NCBI GenBank assembly: GCA_950097015.1
Contig: CATNEN010000029.1
Coordinates: 3,348,001 to 3,412,000 of the forward strand
Length of the DNA: 64,000 nt
Source of the DNA: Macrostomum hystrix
Lineage: Eukaryota > Animalia > Platyhelminthes
Direction of reading: 5' to 3'
This document shows, in pieces, positions 12,901-24,403 of the stretch (within the stretch, counting starts at the first letter, position 1; each line of letters starts with the position of its first letter). The notes beneath the pieces are model-generated. The model worked only from the letters and a program-made list of their open reading frames with translations, ran no database searches and was not told the DNA's origin. The position numbers and the translations under genes are program-made.

Positions 12901-13496
12901 GTTTTAATATCTGTACAAAATAAATATGGGGAAGTTTTAAAACTACAAAAAGAGTGCTGGAAAAATAGGTGAATAAATATTATGGAATGTATCAAAAAAT
13001 ATTGTTGATCTAATTGCTATAATAACTTATTTATTTCATGTGTTTGACCTGTCTCCTCCATATAGTTACAAATCCAAGGACCAAGCTGATTTTATACTCG
13101 TAAAAAATATAGCTTTTATTGCAGCGACGAAAATAGGATCGATGTAAGGACGTAACTAGTCTATTTAATAATTGAAATTCGCATGCATGAACTGTTTTAA
13201 GACAACAGAAGTAAAGCAAAAATATTGCGTCATTTGGCATTGAAGCGGCATCAGTGCCTATCAATATAAATATAACTAACTATAAGTTGATAATGTTGCT
13301 ACAGAGTTCCTACAATTCAATAGTTTTGTGGATAACGAAATTATAGAATTCTAAAACGTGTTGCATTTAGATCGTCCCAAACTCCAACAACCGCCTCCAG
13401 CTTTTAAAGTTGGCTGAAGAATATTTGTCGTTTGGCTTCTAAAGTTCAATATTTCGCCATCGATTTAGTCGGCAAGGACTTTGGATCTGCAGTGAA

Positions 13497-14555
13497 CTAG
13501 TTTGTTCTAGTGCGTCCTTTGTGCCCAAAACCGATCTGATCTTCATCATTGTGCCGCCGCTGTCTGGTCTCATGCTTCCGCCTCTGTTGCCTACGCTGAA
13601 TTTCGTCTGGACTGGCCTCGTCCTCCTCGTCTCCACCTCCGCCTCCGTCGCACTCGATGTCGTCGTCATCGTCGTAGTCCTCTCGGTCGGCGGTCGCTGT
13701 CGGCGCCCCTCCGATGGGTGGCAGACGGCGCGGCACAACAAAGCCATCGTGCGACTTTGACAGCCCAGTCGGATGCTGCTGCTGTTGCTGAGGCCGCCTG
13801 TCTGCATGTGTGGCTTCTACGCGCAGCGAGTCGGTCTTGTACTTCTGTAGTAGACGCGTTGAAACATCCTCTGGCCCGCCGCGCCTCGGCTGCTGCCAAC
13901 CAACGGAGTCACCTCCGCTGCCGCCACCAGTGTGGTGATTCGCCTCCCGTGCGTGTCGGAAGTCGTCCTCCGTGACCATCAGACCAACGCCGCCGCCGCC
14001 GTTACCGCCGCCGCCGCTGCTGCTTGGATGCCGGTCGCGCTTGTGATAGGAGTGATAAGCCGAGGTGGCCGCCGCGGTTCCTCTAGGCGAGATGGCGGCC
14101 AGGTGGTGCTGGTCGTCCGGCCCGGTTGTTGTGTAGCGCGGACTGCCCGGCGTCCTTGGCGTCCTGGGACTCTCTGACTGGGACGGTGCGCGACGCCGAA
14201 GGTCCACCGTCTCGTCTAGCTCAGCTGCCTGCACTACGCTTATTGAAGTAGTCGGAATTGAACCCGTCGGACCATTCGTACTGGCGCCGCCGCCATTGCC
14301 CCACGTGCTGCTTCTGGATTGTCGAATTCGCCCGGTTCGCTGGCGCTGTTCGTCGCCTCCTGCTAAGTCGCAGCCGTTCTCTCGAGGCCGGTTTGAGCCA
14401 TAGACACTCGGCGGCTGCTGTGCCTGCCTGCCCGGCTGATGCTGCTGCTGAGCATAATGATGCGGCTGAGACTGGTAGTGATGCGGCTGACTTTCTCGGT
14501 GGTCGCCGAGCAGTCCGCTAGTTGAAATTGACAGCTTGTCAAAGTGTCGGTCCAT
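13497..14555 (-). CDS. Hypothetical low-complexity, probably disordered protein, 352 aa
   Basis: Long GC-rich ORF in an AT-rich setting, with Gly/Gln/His/Asp runs like those in neighbouring real genes. A splice-acceptor-like tgatcag lies 9 nt before the ATG. No domain recognised. Confidence 0.65.
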   Translation of the reverse strand: MDRHFDKLSISTSGLLGDHRESQPHHYQSQPHHYAQQQHQPGRQAQQPPSVYGSNRPRENGCDLAGGDEQRQRTGRIRQSRSSTWGNGGGASTNGPTGSIPTTSISVVQAAELDETVDLRRRAPSQSESPRTPRTPGSPRYTTTGPDDQHHLAAISPRGTAAATSAYHSYHKRDRHPSSSGGGGNGGGGVGLMVTEDDFRHAREANHHTGGGSGGDSVGWQQPRRGGPEDVSTRLLQKYKTDSLRVEATHADRRPQQQQQHPTGLSKSHDGFVVPRRLPPIGGAPTATADREDYDDDDDIECDGGGGGDEEDEASPDEIQRRQQRRKHETRQRRHNDEDQIGFGHKGRTRTN

Positions 14556-16392
14556 GTAAAGGGCCTGATCAGTTCAGAGTGAAAACTGTTGTGCGTCACT
14601 TTTATTGTTCCGATAGTATTCGAGCCATGAATTCTGGGACGTGTGGAGGACTATTATAACCAATCCAGGTAAGTCCTTCAAGAAAACTTTGTTAATTACA
14701 AGTGAATAAATGTATTATTCGTTTGCATAACTAGTTATATAGAATTGAAGCCTCAGACATACCTAATCTTCTGCCGCAGTGGTGCCAGTGAGAATTTATT
14801 TGAAACTTTAAAATTAAGTCTCTGACGCTTTAAGAAATGCCGCTTCTCTGAGGCCTCCAGCTAGGGGGTCAGTATTGGTGTACCTGCGTGGCTTTTGTGG
14901 AGGCTGGGGTGGCACTAGCTAGGGGACGTGGCATCCTATCCCCCCTGGCCAAACCCGGTCTCTCCATAACTGCCTCAGCTCTCCTAAAATCCCCATTTTT
15001 TCCTCGCCTAAACCGCGCACTTCTCATTCCTTTTCTCCCCCTCTCTCCCTATGCAGTTTTGCAGCTAACATTCTTTCCAAACAAGCGCTGTGAGCACTAG
15101 CAGCTTTTGTTCTCATGTATAGTACGGGGGGAGAGAAGCGGCAGGAGAGAAGCAGGAGGTTGTGGGCCTGGCATTGGAAGTGAAACATGGTGTGTGAACA
15201 GCTACGTCGATTCTCATTAGGCAGTTGCACTATCACTGGGTGTATGAAGCCACACAGCAGGCATGCATCCTATTGGAGCATACCTGCTGTTAGATGGACA
15301 TTTATCTGCATTCTGGCTAGGCTAACAGCCTTATAGACAATGTACAGTCATTCTATTCTTATTTTAGACAACAAACGCCTGCAGTTGGTTGTCACAGCAA
15401 CTAACACAAATATTTTATAAACCTTGCTAGTATAAGCTCACTTTGTAGAATCCCAATTTCCTAACTGAATTCGTCTGCATGGTTCTCTGTCTGCCTGTAA
15501 GCAACTATATACCTTTACGCGCGAATGAAAATCCCTACTCTAGTTTATTAATTGAGTGACAGGTGTATCAATTTCAGATAGCCCTCTGCATTGAACTCAA
15601 ATTGCAAAATAATTAATGGATCGATATGGAAAACAGTGTGCTAAATAATATATTATTCGTTATACATGTCGAAATAGGTAGTCAATAATCGGTTACACGG
15701 TGATTTAAACAATTTTATTTAATTTTACTCACTTCTCACTAATTGCATAGCCTGATTGTCTAGCGAAATTTAGCTGACTCAATCATACACATTAGAGCCT
15801 ACTAATAATTGAGTAGAGAAAACTATATCATTACATTCAATATTATAACAAAGCTACTCTCGCAGCTCAACGGATAATAAAATACAAGCACCAATCTGAT
15901 GAATTTTATGAGCACTGATTATCAAACAAAACGCTTATAAAATCAATGCAAGCTATACTTACTCAGTGAACCGACTTAATGTGATTATACACAGACACAC
16001 GCGGTCGCTGCTGACTAACATACGATTAATTTGCTTTGAATAAAATTTAATTCGTTGCAATTATATAAATTACTACTAAAAACGAAATCGATCATCTTCA
16101 AAGTTCAAGATCAAGAAGCAAGTCGGGTGTTTTGCATAGATTTATAGTTCAGCTAAATGTGTTAGCAGCGGAGCATAGCGAAGTGACAAACTTACCCCAA
16201 AGCAAAATAAGACATTGTGTTATGCGTACTACTATAAGTAGTGTCAGCTAATATGCGTTTTAAAGAATAAAATAAATCGCTAGACAATACCAAAACCGAT
16301 TAAAAAGATTTTTTCTAAAAAATCAAAACAGCTCTTCTGAACACAGAGCCGGAGAAAAAATTGCTGCCATGCGAGCAGACTTAAGAAAACAA

Positions 16393-19271
16393 TCAAGACA
16401 CATGCATGGAGCTGCCCGCTACGAAGCCTTTTGGCCCGTGGTTTCTAGTGTAGCAGCCGCGGCAGTAGACCTGGCCTCTGTGCTCAGACTCGCCGCCTGG
16501 CTCCAACGGCTTGCTGCAGTCCTGGCACTTAAAGCAGGCCCGGTGGTACACCCGCCCGGTGGCCTGCAGCCGCTCGTTGAAATAGACGGAGCCGGCGCAG
16601 CGGGTGCACTTCTCGGCGCCGCCGCCGTACTTAATGGCGCCTGGCGACGGTCCAGCTGGTGCGACTGTGCCATCCGAGTGGTTTCTGGACGGAGTGGTGA
16701 GTCAGATTGGTGAAAATCCACGCAATGTGAGGTTGAGTGGTGTTGCAGGTGGGAGAGTGGTGATTATGATAATTCCAATTTTGATTGGTTGAACTGGCGT
16801 AAAGCAAATGGTAATAGTCCCTATTATGATTGGCTGGTATGGGGTGGGCGTTGTGGAGGAGTAATGTCCACTTATGATTGAATGGAGTGGGGTGGGCATT
16901 GCAGAGGGGTTACGCCCCAGTTATTATCGATTAGGTGGAGTGGGGTGGGCATTGCAGAGGGGTTACGCCCCAGTTATTATCGATTAGGTGGAGTGGGGTG
17001 GGCATTGCAGAGGGGTTAGGCCCCAGTTATTATCGATTAGGTGGAGTGGGGTGGGCATTGCAGAGGGGTTAGGCCCCAGATTATCGATTAGGTGGAGTGG
17101 GGTGGGCATTGCTGAGAGGTTAATGCCCCAGTTATTATCGATTAGGTGGAGTGGGGTGGGGCATTGCAGAGGGGTTAGGCCCAGTTATTATCGATTAGGT
17201 GGAGTGGGGTGGGCATTGCTGAGGGGTTAATGCCCCAGTTATTATCGATTAGGTGGAGTAGGGTGGGGCATTGCAGAGGGGTTAGGCCCCAGTTATTATC
17301 GATTAGGTGGAGTGGGGTGGGGCATTGCAGAGGGGTTAGGCCCCAGTTATTATCGATTAGCTGGATCGTGGGCGGGTGAGGCAGAGCCAAAATTTATACT
17401 GTAGGGAGTTTGGACGAATTAAAATTGCCTTAAATTTCCTGCAGGGTCAACTTAACGAGAACAAAGACTACTATATAGTAGCTAGTACTACACTTTAGTA
17501 GTCCTTGTTAGAGAGCTGCTGGGCTGCTGGCTAGATATATACGAGCATAACACGATTTGTGTGCGTCTATAATAAATGAATTCAGAATTGTTTACCTGAA
17601 TATACTTGTTGTGAATTAAAATTATATTTGCACCTCCACAAACAGCATCTTAAATTATATAGAGCTTTGTTGTTTTCCATTATTCAAGCATTTCGACATT
17701 AAATATAATGAATCTAGAGCTAATGACAGTGCAGTATATTGAAACAGGGGGGCTATAGCAAAGCAGATTTTATATAATCGCATGCAAAATTAGGGTCAAA
17801 GGCAGGGGTCGAACGTGTAATTCAATGACGAATCGGTTGGCCATGCCACAGGTAAATAAAATGTTTCCAGCTAGTCTTGGATGCTTTATGCTGTCTCTCG
17901 GGCAGTGAGATCTCTCTCACTCTGAAATCTCAGATTTCATAGCTAATTATGCTCTTCTCGTTGGCCACATTCCTGCGGTCTGTTCACAAAGAGACTATAG
18001 AATACATAATTAAACAAGCAGTTCAGCAGTGCAGATGCAAATGCATATACACATAGTGGCTGTCAAAGTGTGCATTCTGGGCCGGCTTGTGTTTGAAGAA
18101 CAAAATAAAGGTGTGGGTATAAGCTGGATTCAATAATGATGCAATTCTTACTGTACACACACATGTACCAGTATAGCTGCCTCCCCCCATTACAAATTTT
18201 AATGTTTATTCATGCTGCATCTGTTGTAATGAGACAAATCACAATTTTATCAGTTGCGTGATTCGTTCTTTTGAACACACGGTTATATATCGTTGCATAT
18301 TTCGCATCTAATAAGCATAACAGAGAAACTAGAAATGTACCTTAAACAAGATCTGCTATATTTTTTAAATCTGATAATTGCATGCATCGCAAGCGTATGT
18401 GCAGCGCTTGGGCGAAAGTGAAGGGAAGTTCGCTAATTCCAGTTTTGCTTACATTTTAAACGCCGAGCAGTCAGCATATAATTTACTTAGTAGGGCATGC
18501 GATGAAGATCGTGCTCGTTGAGTATAAACTTACCTTTGAATAGAAAAGCTGAAAAATGCGGTAGAGGTGGATATCTTGTTGGAGTCTTATTAAGACCAAC
18601 TTTCGGCATTAGGGTGTGTGCAACAGAGGTAAAGAAATTTAACCTTAAACATTAAGGTTCGTACTCTTCGATAAACTAATGAATTTTGGCCAAGTTACTC
18701 ACGGCTGCCCCTCTGTCTGGAGTCCCGCCGCTCCTCCAGCGAAGCCATAGCCCTTGGGACCGAAGTTCTTGGCGTAGCAGGCTCGGCAGAAGATCCTGTC
18801 CTCGTGGTCATTCACCGTTGAAGAGTCCAAAAGCTTGCTGCACATGCCTAGATGGTTAAGAAACTGATTGATTAATAAAAAAAACTTTTTCTTTTAAAAA
18901 TAACTTTTGTAATTTTTTTAATTTGTTGTTAGAGATGTATTCATGGCATGTGCAGTGACAAAGTCAGTAAGATACACAAAGTGTAACCGATCCCGATGTA
19001 TACTTTGCGTTAAAATTAACCACTTTGAGAAAAGGGCCTGCATATTGCTTTGCGATTGTTTGGATCAAGAATCTTCTGGGCGATGTCTATTGTGTTTTAT
19101 TTCAAGATAATTATTTGATGGTTCTTTTCACATTAAAAAATGAGTGCAGTACTACTTACTGCATTTAAGACAAAACTTGTGGTAAGAATTCCTCAGACAT
19201 TTTACTTCTTCCGCAAAAAATACTTTCTTCTTGCAAACAGGACAATTTGGAGAACCACCAAATGTTGACAT
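16393..19271 (-). CDS. CSRP: Cysteine-rich protein / muscle LIM protein (CRP/MLP family), two LIM domains, 182 aa; exons 19271-19160, 18847-18703, 16684-16393
   Basis: Spliced translation MSTFGGSPNCPVCKKKVFFAEEVKCLRNSYHKFCLKCSMCSKLLDSSTVNDHEDRIFCRACYAKNFGPKGYGF...KCTRCAGSVYFNERLQATGRVYHRACFKCQDCSKPL...YCRGCYTRNHGPKGF. Phases are consistent. The ORF track does not show this gene. Confidence 0.95.
16880..17365. repeat. About 53-bp G-rich minisatellite, about 9 copies, in CRP intron 2
   Basis: Unit gattaggtggagtggggtgggcattgcagaggggttaggccccagttattatc. Confidence 0.95.
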
Positions 19272-20059
19272 CTCGTTCTAAAACTTGTGGATAAAAAATA
19301 TGCAATTCAATTGAGTATAATAACAGAATTTGTACAATTTCTGCCGCTTAATCGTTGGAACAACAAAAAAATTTGATGGTTCAGATTTTTGTGAAGTCAA
19401 AAAAAGTTTCATGCCAATGAAAAATCCTAACACAAACAAGCAAACAAATGTTCGAGAAGTGTTTTAGTTGATATAGCTCGGAACACTATGCACAAGACGA
19501 CTTAAAAATACATTTTATTTATCGAGAGCAATTTTAAGGTTTTTATATAAATTAATGACAATAAATATTTGCTTTCAATATTTCTTGTACTAATTTAAAA
19601 AAACATTTTTGATAAATAATGCAAAGCTTTGTTTTATTTTGTTTCGGTGTTACAGAGTGTTCAGAGGAATCTTGAACAGAACTTAATGCTTTTTACATGA
19701 TAGCCTAGCTAAAAATTCCATGTAGTTGCTATTGACCTAATAAAGAAAAATATTAAGTTTGCATAGGATCGTTTTAATCATTTGTTTGACTATACAATAA
19801 ATACCCGATTATACAAGTATTGGGTAAAAACTCGGCTCGATTTCAAATTGTAAGTTTACAAGAAAAGATTTTGTTTTGGACTAATATTTAAGTTTATGAC
19901 ATAAATCACAAATCTTATTGTCAGTGTCATCGGCACATTTCCATTTTTGCACTGTTTGTACTAAATTATCACTAATAAATGTTCTAGTTAAAAAAGGAGT
20001 GTATGCAGCAACGTTTCTAAAGTGAATTTATTAGCCTAAATTATTTCTAATGAGCTGAG

Positions 20060-20280
20060 CTAGGCAAGTTGAAACGGGGCGGGACAGCGGGGCCAGCCAT
20101 GGCCTCCCACTTTTTAAAGTTAGGGTCAGTAATGGTATCTGGCACCTCCACATTTAAAATGCAAAATATAGACTTTTTTACTCCTGTTATTGGTTTTTTT
20201 TATTACACATGGCCCTTGGCCTTTGCCTTTGGGTGGCAACATGGTCCTTGCCCCCCAATTAATCGTTCCCACGCCTATGT
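20060..20280. mobile_element. Possible short non-autonomous DNA element (MITE-like)
   Basis: GC-rich ends in AT-rich DNA with weak inverted similarity (ctaggcaagttgaaacg versus the reverse complement cataggcgtgggaacg). Confidence 0.3.
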
Positions 20281-21460
20281 TTTCGAGTGGACTTAATATA
20301 TTTTGCTACATGTGTATTGTGGATTTTCTAAATGCAAAGCAAGTGCAAAAGGTAATGTTTATTTGCAGAACATAATTAGAATTGTACCTTATTCAACTAT
20401 CCTATAATTTATTATAGGGTAAGCTTGCCTTCATTTTTTGGCTGTAAACATCTATTCTTTTGTTGTAATTGTGGACACAACAATTATTGATAGAGGCAGC
20501 CATTTGTCCAAATCATCTGGCTAAATAATTCATTCCATCTAAACTCTCAAACTGCAACTTTATCTTATATATTGAATATTGCAACATAACTTCTCATCCA
20601 GCATTTTAGTGACTTCTACTAAAATTATCCTGAAAGAATCAAATTGTTTTATGTATTTTGTATAAGTGTTGTATTATCCTTAATTTCATTTTTGCATATA
20701 AAGGGAATACAATCATTAGGCCCCTATTGTGTAGAGCAAAATTCATGTCATTAGCAAAAGGAATTTTATCTAAGTCAAGTTCTGCAGTTAGCTAGATTAG
20801 TTTTATATTAATTTAGTATAGAAGTAATACATAAGTAGGGGGCCTATATTAACTTTACCCATCTGTTTTACAATACATGACTGTAACTAAAAATATTGTC
20901 TCCAAAAAACAGTCTACAGCCTTTGATAAACAATTTTATAGATATGTTAACTATACACTATATTACCACTATTCTATTTAAATCAAGCCATGACTGATAC
21001 TTAATATATAGACATTGGTATGAATTGTAATTTACCTATTTTTAATTATTGAGGGATTATTTTATATTATATTAGTGAGTTTCACTTTGTTGGTATTGTT
21101 TAATTACATGTAATAACTATTTCAAAACCTTAAAGCTAGTTAGGTATTGAATTTTGGGATTGTTTTGTTCTTTTTTACAAGATCTACTATATACCTATGA
21201 TACCACCTAGATAAATTCATTTTTGTACCTAAGTTACATGTCTAATTTATATATCCAAGTGATACATATGTGTGTATAGCTAACTTGTGCTTGTCTTTCT
21301 GAGTAAAACAAACAACTATCTCATTATATGAAAGTATTTGTTGTCCCAAAGCTTCCTTATGTAGATGTTATTTTATAAAAAAACTGTAAAATGTTTGATA
21401 AACTGCCATTAAAAATTTGCTTTAGGTAGCATCTTCTTCTAAATATCAGACATTAAAGCC

Positions 21461-22511
21461 ATGAACAGCAGTCAGTACACAAAAGAGATTAGTCGGCAAA
21501 TGCAGGAGCCAGGCTGGTTGGATCCAACATCTTCTAAGTTCAGTGAGATGCCAACTCAGGGCAGTGATGCTAGGAAACAGTCAAGACTTAGATTGGACAT
21601 TGACACAATGACTATACCAGAGCGTCTATTGGCTACTGGCGAGCCGGCACCAGCTGCAGATTTCAATGACAGCTACCTGCGTTACTATAGCGATGGGGCT
21701 GGCAGTTCCAACGTTGGATCCGGTTCGCGAGGAACCGATGCGGCAGTGATAATTGAGACTCCGCCAGCTACTATCACCTTGGACAAGATGCGATATCCTG
21801 ACCTGTACCCCTACAACGAGGACACCATGTGAGCTATGACCTAAGGCCAGGGAGTTAGGAACCTTGGTAACTTTATCTGAAGTCCTGGCTAATTCTGGCT
21901 AATTCTATTCACCCATTTTACAACTGGTTGAATTGAAGCAATGTAAAATCAAGTGTCTTGCTCAAGGACACAATTTTTTTCTTTAGTTTAGGGTTCTTCC
22001 GACCTCTCTAGTAGGACTACAAAGCTCTACTAACTCTTGGCCTACAGCTTGTACTATTAAGTCCTATAATGCAAAAAAAATCATAATCTAAAAAACGGAA
22101 GGTGTCCTGATTGTGTCCTATTTTAGGTGACATTAGGGAAACTTATTTATGGAGGAATTGTGTCAAATATATGTAAGAATATATGATCTGGTTCTTAATG
22201 AAATTTTCTCCATCAGTAGTTCAGCTGAAAAGAAGCGCCATCATCGGCATTCGCACAGATCCGTTGCCAAGGCAACCGCAGCGTTGCCTAGCAGTTTTGT
22301 TGATAACACGGTTTCTATTAACGACGCCGCCGCCGCCGCCACCAAAGCCGCCGCCTCTCACCTGGCCGCACTGCAGAATCGAGTTGCAGTGCTGGAGGCT
22401 GAAATGCAGCAGCGGCGCCAGCTAGAGATGGTTCTGTATCCGGCCGTGGGTGTGTTCCTACTCGTCAAGATCACTAGCTGGCTGTTTAGCAGCGCCAGTT
22501 CTAGTCGATGA
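21461..22511 (+). CDS. MFF: Mitochondrial fission factor-like (Mff/Tango11) tail-anchored protein, 220 aa; exons 21461-21828 and 22217-22511
   Basis: MTIPERLLATG and IETPPATITLD resemble the Mff repeat motifs (VPERIVVAG, LKTPPRVLTL). A coiled coil LQNRVAVLEAEMQQRRQLEMVLY is followed by a C-terminal TM helix. The intron is GT-AG and phase 2. Confidence 0.85.
21905..22048 (-). mobile_element. Degenerate CORE-like SINE in the MFF intron
   Basis: Minus strand ttgtgtccttgagcaagacacttgattttacattgcttcaattcaaccagttgtaaaaatgggtg resembles the CORE domain. The tRNA head is eroded. Confidence 0.6.
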
Positions 22512-22660
22512 ATTGGACATTGGGCATTGCAATCCTGCTTAACCAACGCTTCGTGCTAATTAGCAACACAATTTCTTTTTCTATTCCAAAGCGAAATTGG
22601 CCAAAAGGGAAAATCAACTAGACAGACTTGTGCAAAAGCCGATTACACACTGATGGATTT

Positions 22661-22942
22661 CGGATTGCGAATGACTCACTGAAGGATTGGGGATTGCGAA
22701 TGACTCACTGAAGGATTGGGGATTGCGAATGACTCACTGAAGGATTGGGGATTGCGAATGACTCACTGAAGGATTGGGGATTGCGAATGACTCACTGAAG
22801 GATTAGGGATTGCGAATGATTCACTGAAGGATTGGGGATTGCGAATGACTCACTGAAGGATTGGGGATTGCGAATGACTCACTGAAGGATTAGGGATTGC
22901 GAATGACTCACTGAAGGATTGGGGATTGCGAATGATTCACTG
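22661..22942. repeat. 29-bp minisatellite, about 9.5 copies
   Basis: Unit gattgcgaatgactcactgaaggattggg. Confidence 0.95.
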
Positions 22943-23463
22943 TAGGATAGTGGGCTGGTCTCTTTTGCGAAATCATTATTTTTTGCGTTGGTAGCAACTA
23001 TTTTCCCCCCTTTCAAAAGCATTTTTTGTTCTATTAAGGAAATTTTTTCTACCATATATAAGGTGGTACTGTGCTTTCTAAAAAAATAAAGATCAAGTAT
23101 TTCTATACTGCACTTTATCTGTAGTTTTTTGGTTCATCGACAAGCCATATTTGATCTTTGGCATTTGCGTTTTCGTTTTCTACTAAAAAATGAAATGGGA
23201 ATTCGTTTTGCGCCAATCCGAATTCATTTTATTCTAAAAATCACTACGCAACGAAAAATGCACGCCTTATCTTCCACTGCTATAGAAGCGTCCGATTTCC
23301 CGTTAATAGATTGGGAATTCATGAAGTCAGAGCAGTATTGCCACTTTTTGTTATGCCTCAAACAAACCTCCGTCTTCCCTCTGTACTGCGTGGGAAAATA
23401 TAAAAGCAATAAGTGCTAAAATTGTCTTTCAAAATATTTAGTTTCCAATTGGTTTCATCAAGT

Positions 23464-24345
23464 TCCCCAGTAGCTGATCCCTTCCCTAGAAGCCTAGATC
23501 CCCCAGTAACTGATCCCTTCCCTAGAAGCCTAGATCCCCCAGTAGCTGATCCCTTCCCTAGAAGCCTAGATCCCCCAGTAGCTGATCCCTTCCCTAGAAG
23601 CCTAGATCCCCCAGTAGCTGATCCCTTCCCTAGAAGCCTAGATCCCCCAGTAGCTGATCCCTTCCCTAGAAGCCTAGATCCCCCAGTAGCTGATCCCTTC
23701 CCTAGAAGCCTAGATCCCCCAGTAGCTGATCCCTTCCCTAGAAGCCTAGATCCCCCAGTAGCTGATCCCTTCCCTAGAAGCCTAGATCCCCCAGTAGCTG
23801 ATCCCTTCCCTAGAAGCCTAGATCCCCCAGTAGCTGATCCCTTCCCTAGAAGCCTAGATCCCCCAGTAGCTGATCCCTTCCCTAGAAGCCTAGATCCCCC
23901 AGTAGCTGATCCCTTCCCTAGAAGCCTAGATCCCCCAGTAGCTGATCCCTTCCCTACATCCCTAGATCCCCCAGTAGTTGATCTTTACCCTAGAAGCCTA
24001 GGAGCTGATCCCTTCCCTAGAAGCCTAGATCCCCCAGTAGCTGATCCCTTCCCTAGAAGCCTAGATCCCCCAGTAGCTGATCCCTTCCCTAGAAGCCTAG
24101 ATCCCCCAGTAGCTGATCCCTTCCCTACATCCCTAGATCCCCCAGTAGCTGATCCCTTCCATAGAAGCCTAGATCCCCCAGTAGCTGATCTTTACCCTAG
24201 AAGCCTAGGAGCTGATCCCTTCCCTAGAAGCCTAGATCCCCCAGTAGCTGATCCCTTCCCTAGAAGCCTAGATCCCCCAGTAGCTGATCCCTTCCCTAGA
24301 AGCCTAGATCCCCAGTAGCCGATCCTTTTTTACATCCCTAGATCC
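23464..24345. repeat. 36-bp minisatellite, about 24 copies
   Basis: Unit ccccagtagctgatcccttccctagaagcctagatc. It accounts for the PPVADPFPRSLD repeat ORF. Confidence 0.97.
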
Positions 24346-24403
24346 CCTTGTACGTCTCTAATTGTCTAAAAACCCTCTTTTATTCAGACAGACTCTTTAA
24401 AAA

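Noticed and set aside
14770-15240. Possible MITE (GC-rich block with cagtg ends)
   Set aside because: The terminal inverted similarity is too weak and there is no TSD.
23413-24318. 301-aa (PPVADPFPRSLD)n ORF
   Set aside because: 36-bp minisatellite with a non-ATG start and no unique coding flanks.
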